Positions 29,126-39,884 of a stretch of DNA of 64,000 nt are shown piece by piece. This DNA comes from Octopus vulgaris (lineage: Eukaryota). The notes under the pieces were generated by a model. It saw only the letters and a program-made list of their open reading frames with translations, did not search any database and was not told the origin of the DNA. The first letter of the stretch is position 1. Every line of letters begins with the position of its first letter. Where the stretch lies: NCBI GenBank assembly GCA_951406725.2, contig OX597833.1:21204001-21268000 (forward strand), given 5' to 3'. Position numbers and translations under genes: made by a program.

Positions 29126-29944
29126 TACTTCTGCCACAAAGCCACTTCTGCCACACTAGGGTGTGGTAAAACTTTCAGACCCTAGTCTAGATTGCAAATC
29201 CTCTGTACCCCAGGATGGTTTAGCTCTCCACCCGTTAAAAGCCACCGTTTACGGAATGAGAATAACAACGTAGCTTTTGCGCCCGTGCAACCGCCAGTGT
29301 ATCGCGTGTGGTGGGTGGATCTTCAAGTTGCCAAACGCATTCTTAGTAGCTTAGGGTGAATGAAAAAGGTAAAATTTACAAAAGAATATGTCTTTAGATA
29401 TAATGTTTCCTCCTATCGAAGCCTTCAAAATCAGTTTGTGTCGACGGAAAGTATTGAAGCCCATTGAATGGCCATAATTATAATTCAAAGGTTCAACCTT
29501 GTCATACACTAATTCTGCCCGATGATTCCATGCAGGGCATACGTGTTTGTATAATAATAAGCCAATTATACGCTAATTCAATGGGCAATTAGCTCAGGTG
29601 ATTGTGCAGCTGGAAACTCGAGGTCGGGAATTTCAACCCAAATCCATTTATTTATGTATTAAATGGTAAATGATACCGGATTCTCTATTAGTGGTATTGC
29701 TGTTGTAATTTAGTTTTAAGCCAACTTTGACCGAGATGTGTCTTCTTATTAATGGTGCTCCTGCCGTGACCATCCTGTCTTTTTTTCTCAAACGTAGCGC
29801 ATCTAAAAAGCAAAGCGGATTTGTGTCTATGCGACGGACTGGTGTCTCATTCAGGGAAATGTGATCTTGGCAACTTATACATACACCATGGAAATTAGGT
29901 AACCGGCCCTTAAAGCCTAAGAACTTGAACCAATAATGTCCGGG

Positions 29945-30100
29945 GGTTGATGATGACGACGGCGACGATAATGATGAATACGACGACGATGACGATGACG
30001 ATGATGATAATGATGACGACGATGACGATGATGACGATGCCGACAACGATGATGACAATGATGATGATGATGGCAATGATGATCATGATGATGATGATGG
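29945..30100. repeat. (GAT/GAC)n trinucleotide tract
   Basis: Seen directly. Confidence 0.93.
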
Positions 30101-30292
30101 AGTACATCTAGGTATTACCGTCTCCAATATATCATACGTTTTTAAAACAGTTTTATGTGCTTTGAGGAAGATTTCGTTTGAATTTTTGTAGAATAAATAC
30201 CACACTTTAGAATAAGTCCTAGGGTCGATTTGTTGGACTAAACCTCTCAGAGTGGTGCCTCAGAATGGCCACAGTTAAGTGACTGAGACCAA

Positions 30293-30673
30293 TCTCTATA
30301 TATATAAAGCTGAAGTTGTCTGTGTATGGCAGGTTTGGTAGCATTCAACTCACACCATCTCCTCCGAGACCCTGCGGCACAAGTTGACCAAAATTGAGAG
30401 TATGATAGAAGAAGGCTTGCTCTTCCGTAGAAGAAAAAATTCAAATCGGACCATGTTAACACCAAAAATTATTTACATCAAAAAGTTTCTTTTTTTCTAT
30501 GAAAATCCCTATTTTTTACAATTGTTTGACTGCTGTGTCGCCATTTTTCAGTGTATTTCAACCAGAAAAATGTTCATTTAAAGAGAATAACAAGCTACAT
30601 AATGTAAAATTTTGAAAAATTCCAATTCTAAAGGGTCGAAATAAACCCGAGCAACACCGGGCGATACTGCTAG
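30293..30673 (+). mobile_element. Non-autonomous Helitron (381 bp) inserted in a SINE A tail
   Basis: a|TCtctatatatataaagctgaagttgt ... aacccgagcaacaccgggcgatactgCTAG|t. The flanks rejoin as gactgagaccaa|taaaagataaaa. Confidence 0.9.
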
Positions 30674-30719
30674 TAAAAGATAAAACAGATAAAACATATC
30701 CTCATTTCACATACATTTT

Positions 30720-31400
30720 TGTTTCCATTTATGTCTAAACCTAATCCAATGACTAATTATCCAAATCCATAAAGTAGCGAATCCTCTGCCAGGCTTAACT
30801 AATTTGCCTCCTTGTATTGTTGTTGATAACGTCCTGCATTTTTTCCATTTTTAAAAATGGCATTTTAATGTCCTTTCTAAACCCGTTCAAGTAAAATGGT
30901 TAGATCAGCTATGAAGAGTAGTTTTTAAATATGGCTCCTTCTCTTCTTTTCTATAATAACCCGAACCGTCAAATTGAATTAGTCGACTCAAGAGTAACAA
31001 TTACAGAAAAATAATGATGACCAAGTGTAGTATTGCCGTGAAATATTTCTGGAGGTATTTCTGTGTGATTGGCTCGTACAACCAGAATGATGTTTAGAGG
31101 TGGTAAAAAAACCGTGTGCCGGTTAATCATTGCTGTTTTAATTAAATTTATCTCTGTGCTATTAAATGAATGAACTTGCAGTATTTCGGTGAGCCCATTC
31201 ATGCGGAATTGCATCAAAGGGTTTTCTCAGATCGATCCAGGCACACCAGAAATTTCATTTGCGTTTTTCTGCATCAACCAGTATCATCTTTTAAATAAAA
31301 ACGTTGGTTACTTGCTCCATAGACCTTTGGTATTTGTTCCTTATTTTCTACAAGAACCGAAATTATTATTTTGTGAATGCTCCACGTCTTTTTATACCAA
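30720..31400 (-). pseudogene. Decayed reverse transcriptase of an R4/Dong-type non-LTR retrotransposon
   Basis: Minus strand, in the expected order: AWIDLRKPFDAIPHEW (31243-31196), LTEILQ..LIKTAM, EIFHGN (for GIFQGD), LLFIADL (for LLYMDDL, ~30900-30922), IQGGKLV. Confidence 0.8.
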
Positions 31401-31661
31401 GTAAACTTTTGATACATGAGATTTTTCACAAAGGACGACAGAAGATGAAAGCAGCAAACTAATGAAGCATTTATCTATGATGCTGTGTTTTCCACCACCA
31501 GCAACCCCTTTTTTCCGCCCACTGTTCCTAGGAGGGTCTTGAGGGTAGAGTCCTCAGGTACCTCCTCTATAGGGTCCTACCAGAAGAAATTGTCATTACA
31601 CTTTCTGGCTGGATTTCCAAGTATGATCAACAGAGACAATGAATATTATCCAACCATCTCG

Positions 31662-32070
31662 TTATTTCTTTATTGCCCACAAGGGACTAAACACAGAGGG
31701 GACAAACAAGGACAGACAAACGGATTACATCGACCTCAGTGCATAACTGGTACTTAATTTAGCGACCCCGAAAGGATGAAAGGCAAAGTCGACCTCGACG
31801 GAATTTGAGCTCAGGACGTAACAGCAGATGAAATACCTATTTCTTTACTACCCACAAGGGGCTAAACACAAAAGGGACAAACAAGGACAGACAAACGGAT
31901 TAAGTCAATTATATCGCCCCCAGTGCGTAACTGGTACTTATTTAATCGACCTCGAAAGAATGAAAGGCAAAATCGACTTCGGCGGAATTTGAACTCAGAA
32001 CGCAGCGGCGGACGAAATACCGCTCAGCATTTCGCCCGGCGTGCTAACGATTTTGCTAGTGCGCCGCCTT
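31662..32070 (-). mobile_element. SINE family B, dimeric form
   Basis: Same internal junction as 3591-3994. Confidence 0.92.
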
Positions 32071-32535
32071 CTTTCAATCCCTAATATTAGTGGTTTTATA
32101 AACAATGTGATTGTGGATAAGAGAAGGTACATTGTTGCTAATAGCGATGCCAACACGAATCGAAATGCGTGCAAGTGTTCTCTCTTTTTCTGTCCACGTA
32201 GGTATTATACAAACGAACTGTTTACAAACGACACAATATAGTGTTGGCTAAAATCTATAGATACGTTCTTTAAAACATTATAGCAATGAAGACTTAGTAC
32301 ATGTAGCCTCGTTTATCACTGATTGAGTAATCACTTATCCAAGATAACACGGTACACTCAATTATGAACCATGTTATGCTTATCACGGATTGATCTGTGA
32401 CAGCACGATCACTCGAAGACTCCGCTTAAACCGAAAATACGCGCCTCAGCAATTATCCACTGTATTCAGTTGCTCAACGGATACCGATTATCGCTTGTAT
32501 TTACGAGTGTATTTTATACAGGTAAAAGTAGAGAG

Positions 32536-32790
32536 GTGGATGCGCGTGGCTTAGTGGTTAGGGTGTCAGCATCATGATCGTAAGATTGTGGTTTCGATTC
32601 CTGGACTGGGCGACGCGTTGTGTTCTTGAGCAAAACACTTCATTTCACGTTGCTACAATCCACTCAGCTGGCAAAAATGAGTAACGCTGCGATGGACTGG
32701 AGTCCCGTCCAGCTGGGGAACACATACGCCGTTGAAACCGGGAAACCGGGTCCATGAGCCTGGCTAGGCTTTAAAACAGGCGCATTTATT
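32536..32790 (+). mobile_element. SINE family D, full length
   Basis: A box TGGCTTAGTGG and B-box-like gtttcgattcc. tRNA-Arg-like gatcgtaagattg. 3' module shared with family C. Confidence 0.9.
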
Positions 32791-33108
32791 GTGGAGGCCC
32801 AATGGCCCAGTGGTTAGGGCAGTGGACTCGCGGTCAGAGGATCGTGGTTTCGATTCTCAGACCGGGCGTTGTGTGTGTTTATTGAGCGAAAGCACCTAAA
32901 AGCTCCACGAGGCTCCGGCAGGGGGTGGTGGCGATCCCTGTTGTACTCTTTCGCCGCAACTTTCTCTCACTCTTTCTTCCTGTTTCTTGAGTAACGCTGC
33001 AATGGACTGGCACCCCATCCAGCTGGGGAGAACACATACGCCATAGAAACCGGGAAACCGGGCCCATGAGCCTGGCTAGCCTTAAAAAGGACGCATAAAT
33101 AAAAAAAA
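32791..33108 (+). mobile_element. SINE family C, full length, with A-rich tail
   Basis: Head as at 5455. 3' module gagtaacgctgc.atggactgg..gaaaccgggaaaccggg.ccatgagcctgg. Confidence 0.92.
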
Positions 33109-33384
33109 AAAAGTAGAGAGACGATGAAGATGATACGTGGTGGGAGAAGCATCGTAGCTGTGGGGCAGTGAGTTTGGTGTCAATGAATCAGTTATTCGTT
33201 GCATTTATAAAGCGCGTGGTGATGATTCATTTATCACTGGTGTTGTTTTCTATTGTCTTTCCTTGAAACTGAATCCGTGTGATAAACGAGGATAGATGTA
33301 TTTCAAAGGTTTTGCATTGCTGAGCTCAAGACGAAGCGGGATCAAATGCTGGTGATTTTATTAGTGATAATGATTGTGATATCG

Positions 33385-33840
33385 GTGTCAGTGGTGGTGA
33401 TGGCTTGAGCCATGGTAGTGCAAATGTGTTGGTAGTGGTAGAAGTGGTGCTAGTGATAGAAGTGGTGGTGGCAATGGTTCGGGTGATAGTTGAGATGGTA
33501 GTGTAAGTGGTGAGAGAAAGGAATTAACAATGGTGTGATGGCGACACAGATCGTGATAATGGAGTGGTGGCATCGGTAGTAGTGGTAGTGGTTGTGGTGG
33601 TGGTTGTGGTGGTGGCTATGGTGGTGGAGGTGGTTGTGGTGGTGGTGGCGGTGGTGCTGCTGCTGCTGCTACTGCTGCTGTCGGTGGCGATGTAAGACGT
33701 AATGGTTGCACAGGTGTTCACATTACGCAGTTATATTCTTAATTACCAATACCGCTACCGTCACCGCGAATACCACCACCACCACCACTACCAACAGCAA
33801 CAACAACAACAACAACATCGTTTTCGTCGTCATCGTCGCC
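33385..33840. repeat. Degenerate (GGT)/(GCT)/(ACC)/(AAC) trinucleotide region
   Basis: Seen directly. Confidence 0.85.
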
Positions 33841-34429
33841 GTCTCTAATTTATTTTATTTCATTTACCTCCATTTTCTCATTAACAACATTTTAAATACG
33901 GCAAATGTCGACATTAATGCATCTGGAGCTTAGCAAGACAAACTGAATGATGACATATCACGAATCATTAAGCTTAATCAAAAAGATTAAATGGCCGAAC
34001 TGCGAAGATATAACACCGCCTCTTTGCTTCATCCTCTTTGGTGATCAGTCATCGTTGATTACGACGGTTCAGGAGGGCAGCTTTGGTTAGAAGAGAAGTC
34101 TAATGTACGAGCTGAGATTGGAGCACTCTAGGTCGCGACGCTGTCCAATGCTATCAGAGAACAACAGTTGAGATACGAGCTGTCGTGAAGGTCCCAACAC
34201 AGTCGCCTAACCTGCTAGAAATAACTGCTAAATCTTACTTAAATCGTATCACAGTCTATAATTTTTCAAAAAATGAAAAATGCATTAGATAATTTCTCCG
34301 TCCATCCATCCATCCTTTTCTCCCACTGTTCCTACGAGGGTGGTGGTGGTGGAGGCCCTCAGACACCCCATCTGTAGGGTCCAATCAGAAGCAACTGTCA
34401 TTACACGTTCCGGCTAATATAGCATGATA

Positions 34430-34750
34430 TTACTCTTTTACTCTTTTACTTGTTTCAGTCGTTTGACTGTGGCCATGCTGGAGCACCGCCTTTAGTCGAG
34501 CAAATCGAACCCAAGACTTATTTTTTGTAAGCCTAGTACTTATTCTATCGGTCTCTTTTGCCGAACCGCTATATTACGGGGACGTAAACTCAATTGCATC
34601 GGTTGTCAAGCGATGTTGGGGGAGGGACAAACACACACATATATTTATATATACATATATACGACGGGCTTCTTTCAGTTTCCGTCTAGCAAATCCACTC
34701 ACAAGGCTTTGGTCGGCTCGAGGCTATAGTAGAAGACACTTGCCTAAGAT
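34430..34750 (-). mobile_element. SINE family A lacking the head
   Basis: Tail through gaagacacttgcc.aag. Confidence 0.9.
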
Positions 34751-34765
34751 ATCTATCCATATCCT

Positions 34766-34802
<37 letters not shown>

Positions 34803-34966
34803 GGTGGTGGTGGTGGTGGTGGTGGTAGAAGTAGTAGGAGGAGGAGGGAGGGAGGGGGGAAGGGGAGGAGGAGGAAGAAGAAGAGGGGTGGAAGAGGGGG
34901 AGGGGGAGAAGGGGGAGGGGGAAGAATGGGGAGGGGGAGGAGGAGGAGGAGGATGGGAGAGGAGTA
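34766..34966. repeat. (AGT)n-(GGT)n-G/A-rich tract with G4/triplex potential
   Basis: Many G runs on the plus strand. Structure formation is inference. Confidence 0.85.
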
Positions 34967-35049
34967 GGATAGAAATTGCAGAATATTGTTTTGCGATGTT
35001 ATTCTTGGGGATACTTTCAGTATCCACTCACACACACGCACACACACAA

Positions 35050-35087
<38 letters not shown>

Positions 35088-35438
35088 ACACGTATGAATA
35101 TCCAGGGCAGCACTGCTTTGTGCCAAAGATCTTGTCTTCTTTATCTGTCCAACTCGCTACTTCAGCAGAAATAATACAGAAAAGAAAGTCAACCACACTG
35201 AAAGACGGAGCTCCAGCATGACCTCAGCCTCTAGCTGAAACCAGTAAGAGATAATAGATAAGATATGCAATTAAGGTAGTATTTAATGAAATCGTCATCT
35301 GTTACATAGATGTTTTTCTTTAATTAAATACAGCTTAAATTGTGTATAGCGGATTGTTCTTTAATATATTTTGGGTTTGAAAGCAAAATGGCGACAGAGT
35401 CAAATCTTGGACGTTTTTCATTGGTCAATGATGTAGAG

Positions 35439-36220
35439 CAGAGGTTCTCAACCATTTTTTTTATCCATGGATACTATTTTATTCTGGTGTACCGCCATAG
35501 CCATTTGATGTTTAAAAACTTGTTTTATAGAAACTTCTTTCAAAATTCCTGTTTAGTTTTTCACACATTAACTTGTGTAGGCTGAACTCTTTTACTCTTA
35601 TACTTGTTTCAGTCATTTGACTGTGGCCATGCTGGAGCAACACATTTTAGTCGAGCAAATCGACCCCAGGACTTATTCTTTGTAAGCCTAGTACTTATTC
35701 TATCGGGCTCTTTTGCCGAACCGCTAAGTAACGGGGATATAAACACACCACCATCGGTTGTCAAGCGATGTTGGGGACAAACACGGACACACAAACACAC
35801 ACACACACACATACACACACATATATATATATATATACATATATATGACGGGCTTCTTTTCAGTTTCCGTCTACCAAATACACTCACAAGGCTTTGGTCG
35901 GCCCGAGGCTATAGTAGAAGACACTTGCCCAAGGTGCCACACAGTGGGACTGAACCCGGTACCATGTGGTTGGTAAGCAAGCTACTTACCACACAGCCAC
36001 TCCTGCGCCTAAATGTAAAATATTAGATAGAGAAAGAAAGAGAGAAAAAGAGAGGAATATCTGTTTCTTGCAATACATACCAATACATACATCTAAAGCA
36101 AAATTCTTTCAGGGTCCTTAAAATATCATTGCCGACCCCTAATTTACTATTTTATTACGTGGACCCCGAAAATCTTATATGGACCCTCAGGGCCATATGA
36201 ACCTCGGTTGAAAATCACTG
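35439..36220. mobile_element. hAT (Charlie-like) MITE containing a SINE A insertion
   Basis: TIRs cagaggttctcaacc / ggttgaaaatcactg. 8-bp TSD atgtagag / atgaagag. Confidence 0.85.
35587..36010 (-). mobile_element. SINE family A, full length
   Basis: Reverse complement of the consensus. Confidence 0.93.
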
Positions 36221-36379
36221 ATGAAGAGAGAACTATAAGGCAAACTCAAGCTAGTTGCTCTACCTGCTTGAAAAATAGCAGCCAAGTTTCCCTCACTTTG
36301 CAACTAAAAGTCTTAAAATGGAAGCGCTCGCACAACTCTCTCTCTCTCTCTCTCTTTCTCTCCCCCCCCCCCCACACAC

Positions 36380-36939
36380 GGAGTGGCTGTGTTGTAAGTA
36401 GCTTGCTTACCAACCACATGGTTCCGGGTTCAGTCCCACTGCGTGGAACCTTGGGCAAGTGTCTTCTACTATAGCCTCGGGCCGACCAAAGCCTTGTGAG
36501 TGGATTTGGTGGACGGAAACTGAAAGAAACCCGCCGGATATATACTCTTACTCTTTACTCTTTTACTCTTTTACTTGTTTCAGTCATTTGACTGCGGCCA
36601 TGCTGGAGCACCGCCTTTAGTCGAGCAAATCGACCCCGGGACTTATTCTTTGTAAGCCCAGTACTTATTCTATCGATCTCTTTTTGCCGAACTGCTAAGT
36701 GACGGGGACGTAAACACACCAGCAGGGGGACAAACACAGACACACAAACACACACATACATATATATATATATATACGACAGGCTTCTTTCAGTTTCCGT
36801 CTACCAAATCCACTCACAAGGCATTGGTCGGCCCGGGGCTATAGCAGAAGACACTTGCCCAAGGTGCCACGCAGTGGGACTGAACCCGGAGCCATGAGGT
36901 TGGTTAGCAAGCTACTTACCACACAGCCACTCCTGCGCC

Positions 36940-37016
<77 letters not shown>

Positions 37017-37235
37017 GTGTGTGTGTGGGCATGTTTGTGTGTCTGTGTTTGTCCCCCCGCAGCATCGCTTGACAACCGATGCTGGTGTGTTTACGTCCCC
37101 GAAACTTAGTGGTTCGGCAAAAGAGACCGATAGAATAAGTACTAGGCTTACAAAGAATAAGTCCTGGGGTCGATTTTCTCGACTAAAGGTGGTGCTCCAG
37201 CATGGCCACAGTCACATGGCTGAAACAAATAAAAT
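36380..37235 (+). mobile_element. SINE family A split by an antisense copy of itself
   Basis: Head at 36380-36533; core and tail at 36941-37235. Confidence 0.88.
36543..36940 (-). mobile_element. SINE family A, full length, nested
   Basis: Reverse complement of the consensus. Confidence 0.93.
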
Positions 37236-37748
37236 ATATATATATATACTCACACTCACATACACATTGGACAATTGATCCTAAGAAAAGATAACTGGAT
37301 GGTTACGATTGGAACGCTTTTGATTACATCATAGGTATTTTTCTGAATCACTGCTAAACTGAGGCTAACAACTAACACCACCAACATCACCAACGCCATC
37401 ATCAGTAAAAGTTAATATAATCCTAGACACTGGATAACCTGTAGAGTTGGAGTGAAAAAAAAACACTAAATGGTCACAGATAAAATATGTTTCATCATTA
37501 TAAGTTGTTGGATTTTTCTTTTAATAATCAAGGCAAACAAAGCAACAAACTCTTTCATAAATAAATGAAAGAACTGAAAAAAAGAAATGATTAATTCGCT
37601 AATTTTAATGAACTATCATGGCGGACAAGAAACCGGCCTAAGGTGGTAAGGGTGTTGTATTAATTAATATGGTGCGTAAAAACAATCTTAAAAAAGAGCT
37701 GTTTTTGTCTGGCTAAAAATTATTAGTTAACATCCATTCAAATTATTG

Positions 37749-37815
<67 letters not shown>

Positions 37816-38452
37816 GAGGAGGAGGAGGGGGATCGAAATTACAGAAGATTGTTTTGCGATGTTTTGCTTGGGGAACATTTTTTTTAAAACTCAAAACCGA
37901 AATTACCAACAGATATTTTGTATCATTTAATCTCCACTTAAACACACACACACGCCCACACAAACACACACACACACGCACACACACACACACACATCAT
38001 AAACATACTTATTTAACTCCTCACCCAACACACGAACAAGCACACACACATCCAAAGGCACACATCGATAGTATGCACATATACAAACATATACTCACGC
38101 ACTCACAAATACAATACATATACACACACTGAGGCACATACAGACGCAAAACACATATGCATAATTTTTTAACATATGCATAATTTTTTAACAGCTACCT
38201 CGAAAAATATGCACACACATGTGTGTGTGTGTGTGTGTGTGCGCGTATACACATATTCAATATGCAACGACTCCGCTTCCAAATCACAAAGGCATATTCG
38301 TACATACAGACAAGGAGGGGCCTATGTAGTCACGTGTCTCTTAGCCTCAGCCCCCAGTGGAGAATCCGGATTGTAAGAGCTCGAGATAGAGGACGAGATG
38401 CACCGACACTTTCACTCACGCATACAGGCACATACATTCACACAGATATGCT

Positions 38453-38833
38453 CTACTCTCTTCTACTCTTTTACTTGTTTCAATCATTTGACTGTGGCCA
38501 TGCTGGAGCACCGCCTTTAGTCGAGCATATCGACCCCAGGACTTATTCATTGTAAGCCTAGTACTTACTCTATCTGTCTCTTTTGCCGAATTGCTAAGTT
38601 ACGGGGACGTAAACACACCAGCATCGGTTGTCAAGCAATGTTGGGGGCACAAACAAAGACACATAAACATATACACACACATACATACATATATAAATAC
38701 ATATATGCGACGGGCTTCATTCAGTTTCTGTCTACCAAATCCACTCACAAGGCTTTGGTCGGCCCGAGGCCATAGGAGAAGCTACTTGCTCAAGGTGCCA
38801 TGCAGTGGGACTGAACCTGGAACCATGTGGTTG
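38453..38833 (-). mobile_element. SINE family A, nearly full length
   Basis: Reverse complement of the consensus. Confidence 0.92.
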
Positions 38834-39077
38834 TATATAAGCACATACATATTTACACATATATAAGCATGTACATATATACACATGCAGGCATATGAAC
38901 ACACCGTACATACATTTGTAGTCACACATATACGCATACATGCATACATACATGCACATACATACATACATACATACGTACATACATACATACATACATA
39001 CATACATACATACATACATACATACATACATACATACATACATACATACATGCATACATACATACATACATACATGA

Positions 39078-39375
39078 GTAAGTAGTAGAAATTAGCTGCC
39101 CAGTGGATGTTAAGGTAAAACTTAAGATCAGTGGAAAAGAGAATACATACGCTGAACAATTGAGAAATCTGCAGTAACTCCATCCGGATTACAGATTCAG
39201 GATTATACCTGTAATTATTGGGGCACTGGGATATGTAACACACTGTCCAAATACCAATCTTGAGAAATTAGGTTTCTCAAAACCAGAAAGGAGAAAGCTG
39301 GTTCGAAGACTACAGATCCAATTTATCACTAGAACTGTAAAAATCTGTAGAGCTTTTCAGAAGTTTATCATTTAA
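39078..39375 (+). pseudogene. R4/Dong-type retrotransposon ORF C-terminus (RLE domain)
   Basis: VVEISCPVDVKVKLKISGKENTYAEQLRNLQ*LHPDYRFRIIPVIIGALGYVTH..NLEKLGFS..RTVKICRAFQKFII*, with the characteristic PVIIGALG. Confidence 0.88.
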
Positions 39376-39380
39376 GTATA

Positions 39381-39630
39381 CTAGCGAATCTACCCATCTA
39401 CGATGGAGGCAAAAACTTAGGGTGGGAAGTCATAACAGCAGTATGTATTGATAAATGTGTAAATGGACTTGAGAGATTACTGGGTGATGTCTTAGAGAAA
39501 TCACATTATTGTTGGTGATACAGCATTCTATTGCAGTTATATAACTGCATTTATATATTGATTTTTGCTGATGATCTCTTATACAGCCCCCAAATATTTT
39601 TCCTGATGATCTCCTATACAACCCCAAAAT
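39381..39630 (-). mobile_element. Possible old Helitron 3' end
   Basis: Minus strand ends ccatc-gta-gatgg-gtagattcg-CTAG|t. Confidence 0.45.
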
Positions 39631-39662
39631 AGCTGGGCGCTCTTACTTCAGAGAAGACCTGG

Positions 39663-39884
39663 ATGGAAAGCATTCAGCATACAAAAAAAGCTATGCATGG
39701 ATGTGTTACCCAGAAGCTTGAAGAAGACAGTAGAATTGACACGAAGCACAGCCTCTCATGGACACAAGACCATTACATCACATCACACTTTGAAGCCAAT
39801 GCGTTTGCAATCCAGGAACAGGAGATTGCCACAAAGTACCTGGTGAACAAGAGAGATAGTGACGCTCTAGCAATCCCAAGGTGA
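39663..39884 (+). pseudogene. R4/Dong-type retrotransposon fragment (between RT and zinc knuckle)
   Basis: KKAMHGCVTQKLEEDSRIDTKHSLSWTQDHYITSHFEANAFAIQEQEIATKYLVNKR fits the K.LHG..ID..S..W..E..AIQ(D/E)Q.I.T..Y motif. Confidence 0.82.

Noticed and set aside
28387-29230. Possible hAT-like DNA transposon remnant around the SINE C copy
   Set aside because: No matching TIR pair or TSD could be defined by eye.
29648-30076. Poly-Ser (or poly-Asp on the opposite strand) ORF
   Set aside because: It is explained by a (GAT/GAC)n tract, and the rest of the frame has no protein-like signal.
32536-32870. tRNA-like sequences with A and B boxes
   Set aside because: They lack a proper acceptor stem, continue into SINE bodies and are multicopy, so they are SINE heads rather than tRNA genes.
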